Shown here in pieces: positions 62,080 to 64,000 of a DNA stretch of 64,000 nt. The DNA is from Chiloscyllium plagiosum (Eukaryota): the NCBI RefSeq assembly GCF_004010195.1, contig NC_057749.1, positions 23,542,999 through 23,606,998 on the forward strand, written 5' to 3'. Below the pieces are notes generated by a model. The model had not been told where the DNA came from. It did not search any database and saw nothing but the letters and a program-made list of their open reading frames with translations. Every line of letters begins with the position of its first letter. Position 1 is the stretch's first letter. The translations under genes were made by a program, and so were the position numbers.

Positions 62080-62780
62080 TAAGACCAATGTACCTTTTCT
62101 GAAGGTGCTGTTCCCAAAACTGAATGCAAAACTCCATAGGGGATCAGACCAAGGGTAATGCAATTGGAACTTGCTCACTTTTGAACTCCAACCTTCCTGA
62201 AATAAAGGCCAACATGCTATTAGCCTTTTCAATTCCTTTTCACACCATTGTGCTAGCATTTCGTGATTTATAAACCGGAATAGCCAAATCCAACACTGCT
62301 CCAATCTCTCTCCATTTAGGATATATTCTGAGTAATCTTGACACGGAGTGGATAAAACTAGGTCAAATGTTCAATGGTGCTTGGTAACCTTTTCTTTCCA
62401 TTTGCACAGTTTATCTCCCAATTCTGTAAACTTGGATGTACAACTGCTATTCCTGGAGCCGTGTCTTTGACAGATGTATTAAAAATCTGACGCCTCGTAT
62501 ACTTCTCTAGGCAACACTATTAGTTAAGTTTTGCCTCAGTCAACAATTTTCATCTCTACACTTAATCTTCCATGCTCACACCACCTATTCAACAACCCAT
62601 AACCAAAAGACTATCTCTGGTTCACTACATTTTTATTATCTTTTACACAGAACCTAATCAAAAATCATCTGAAAATCCATGCAAACAAAAATTAGCAGGC
62701 AGTCCCTCACGTGTCATGTTAGTGACTTGCTCAAAATTTCAACTAGATTAAATCAAACATGCCCAACCTTTCACAAATCC
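62080..62780 (-). mobile_element. Old CR1 fragments
   Basis: aaataaaggccaacatgctattagcc and related decayed CR1 motifs. Confidence 0.5.
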
Positions 62781-63294
62781 AGCCAATTGCACAGTTACAA
62801 GTAAAACTAAAAGGAGGGAAATGGAAATGAGAGCACAGGCACAGGAAGATGCTGCAGGTGGATGTTAAAGCCTGAAGACTAATAATGAACAAATAAGGAC
62901 AGCCATTTTATGACAATTGCAGAAACCAGGTTGGAGAGACTCCAACAACAAGGAAGATGGGCACAGGTGGATACATCAGGTTTAACAAGTCTAAGAGGGC
63001 TTTGAGAAATTTGAGATGCCCTGTACTTTGCAGCAACAGTGAAGTCAAAACGGGCTTTTTTTGAGGAGACAAGTGACAACAAGTGTTTTAAGGGCTGGTG
63101 AGGAGGAAAAAAAGTGGGTAAAGGAAGGGGAAAACAAAAAAATCGGTGGCTAGAAGTTTAGAGAAAATGGAGTTGAAGAAGCAATTAACTGAACACAAAT
63201 TAGAAATAAAATGGCAGGATGCTTTGTTTGGTGTAACTGAATACCATGCTAGTTAGTGCATTCAAATATCAAGTGACTGGGGAGCTGCATTATA

Positions 63295-64000
63295 ATAGAA
63301 CATAGAAATGTACAGCACAGTTCAGGTTCTTCAGCCCATGATGTTCTGCCGAGAATTAATCCTGATCTAAAATAAAATCATCTAACCTACGCTCCTCTCA
63401 ATTCATTGCTGTCCATGTGAATGACTAGCAGGTCGCTGAAATGTCTCTAATGACTCTGCTTCCACCACTACCGCTGGCAAAGCATTCCACGCGCACACAA
63501 CTTTGCGTAAAGAACCTACCTCTGATGTCTCCTCTATACCTTCCTCTTCACACCTTAAAACTATGACCCCTCGTGGCAGTTGATCCTACCCTGGGGAAAT
63601 GTCTCTGGCTGTCTACTCTATCCATTCCTCTCATTACTTTATACACCTTGACCAGGTCACCCCTTTTCCTCCTCCTCTTCAGAGAGAAAAGTCCGAGCTT
63701 AGTCAACCTCTCCTCATAAGGCAAGCCCTCCAGTCCAGGCAGCATCCTAGTAAACCTACCTTGCACCATATCCAAAGCCTCCACATCTTTCCTATAATAT
63801 TGCAACCAGAACTGGACAAAATATTCCAAGTGTGGTCTCACCAGGGTTTTGCAGAGCTGCAATAAAACCTCACAGCTCTTAAACCCGATCCCCCTGTTAA
63901 CAAAAGCCAAAATACCATATGCTTTCTTAACAATCCTATCCACTTGGGTGGCAACTTTAAGGGATCTATGCACTTGAATAGCAAGATCCCACTGTTCCTC
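63295..64000 (-). mobile_element. CR1/HER1-like LINE 3' portion (runs off the window)
   Basis: ORF 63548..63973: LVRPHLEYFVQFW...RFTRMLPGLEGLPYEERL..LGLFSL. Confidence 0.92.

Noticed and set aside
55552..64000. Expected upstream VPS13C exon
   Set aside because: No convincing exon found by eye; the region is TE-dominated and the exon probably lies beyond the window.

Overview
Eukaryotic, intron-rich DNA, almost certainly from a cartilaginous fish: the repeats are HE1-type V-SINEs, CR1/HER1-like LINEs, Deu-domain SINEs and Penelope-like elements, with a carpet/bamboo-shark-like style. The whole window lies inside one minus-strand gene, VPS13C (bridge-like lipid transfer protein). I read 19 consecutive GT-AG coding exons (55551 down to 1316) that splice in phase into about 870 codons without a stop. 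They include an FFAT-like motif, one full copy of the VPS13C internal repeat and the start of the next copy. The gene's start and end lie outside the window. The introns are filled with decayed retroelements, often nested. The most notable non-genic signal is at least four families of short fold-back (inverted-repeat) insertions, many flanked by 10-17 bp target-site duplications. Each family carries a minimal hammerhead-ribozyme-like core (CUGAnGA-stem-GAAA-palindrome-NUH), and family 1 is the 3' terminus of the RT/GIY-YIG Penelope-like element at 58948-60857. Most ORF-track entries are spurious or are TE fragments. Exon coordinates were read base by base; repeat boundaries are approximate, and family names come from recalled motifs, not database searches.
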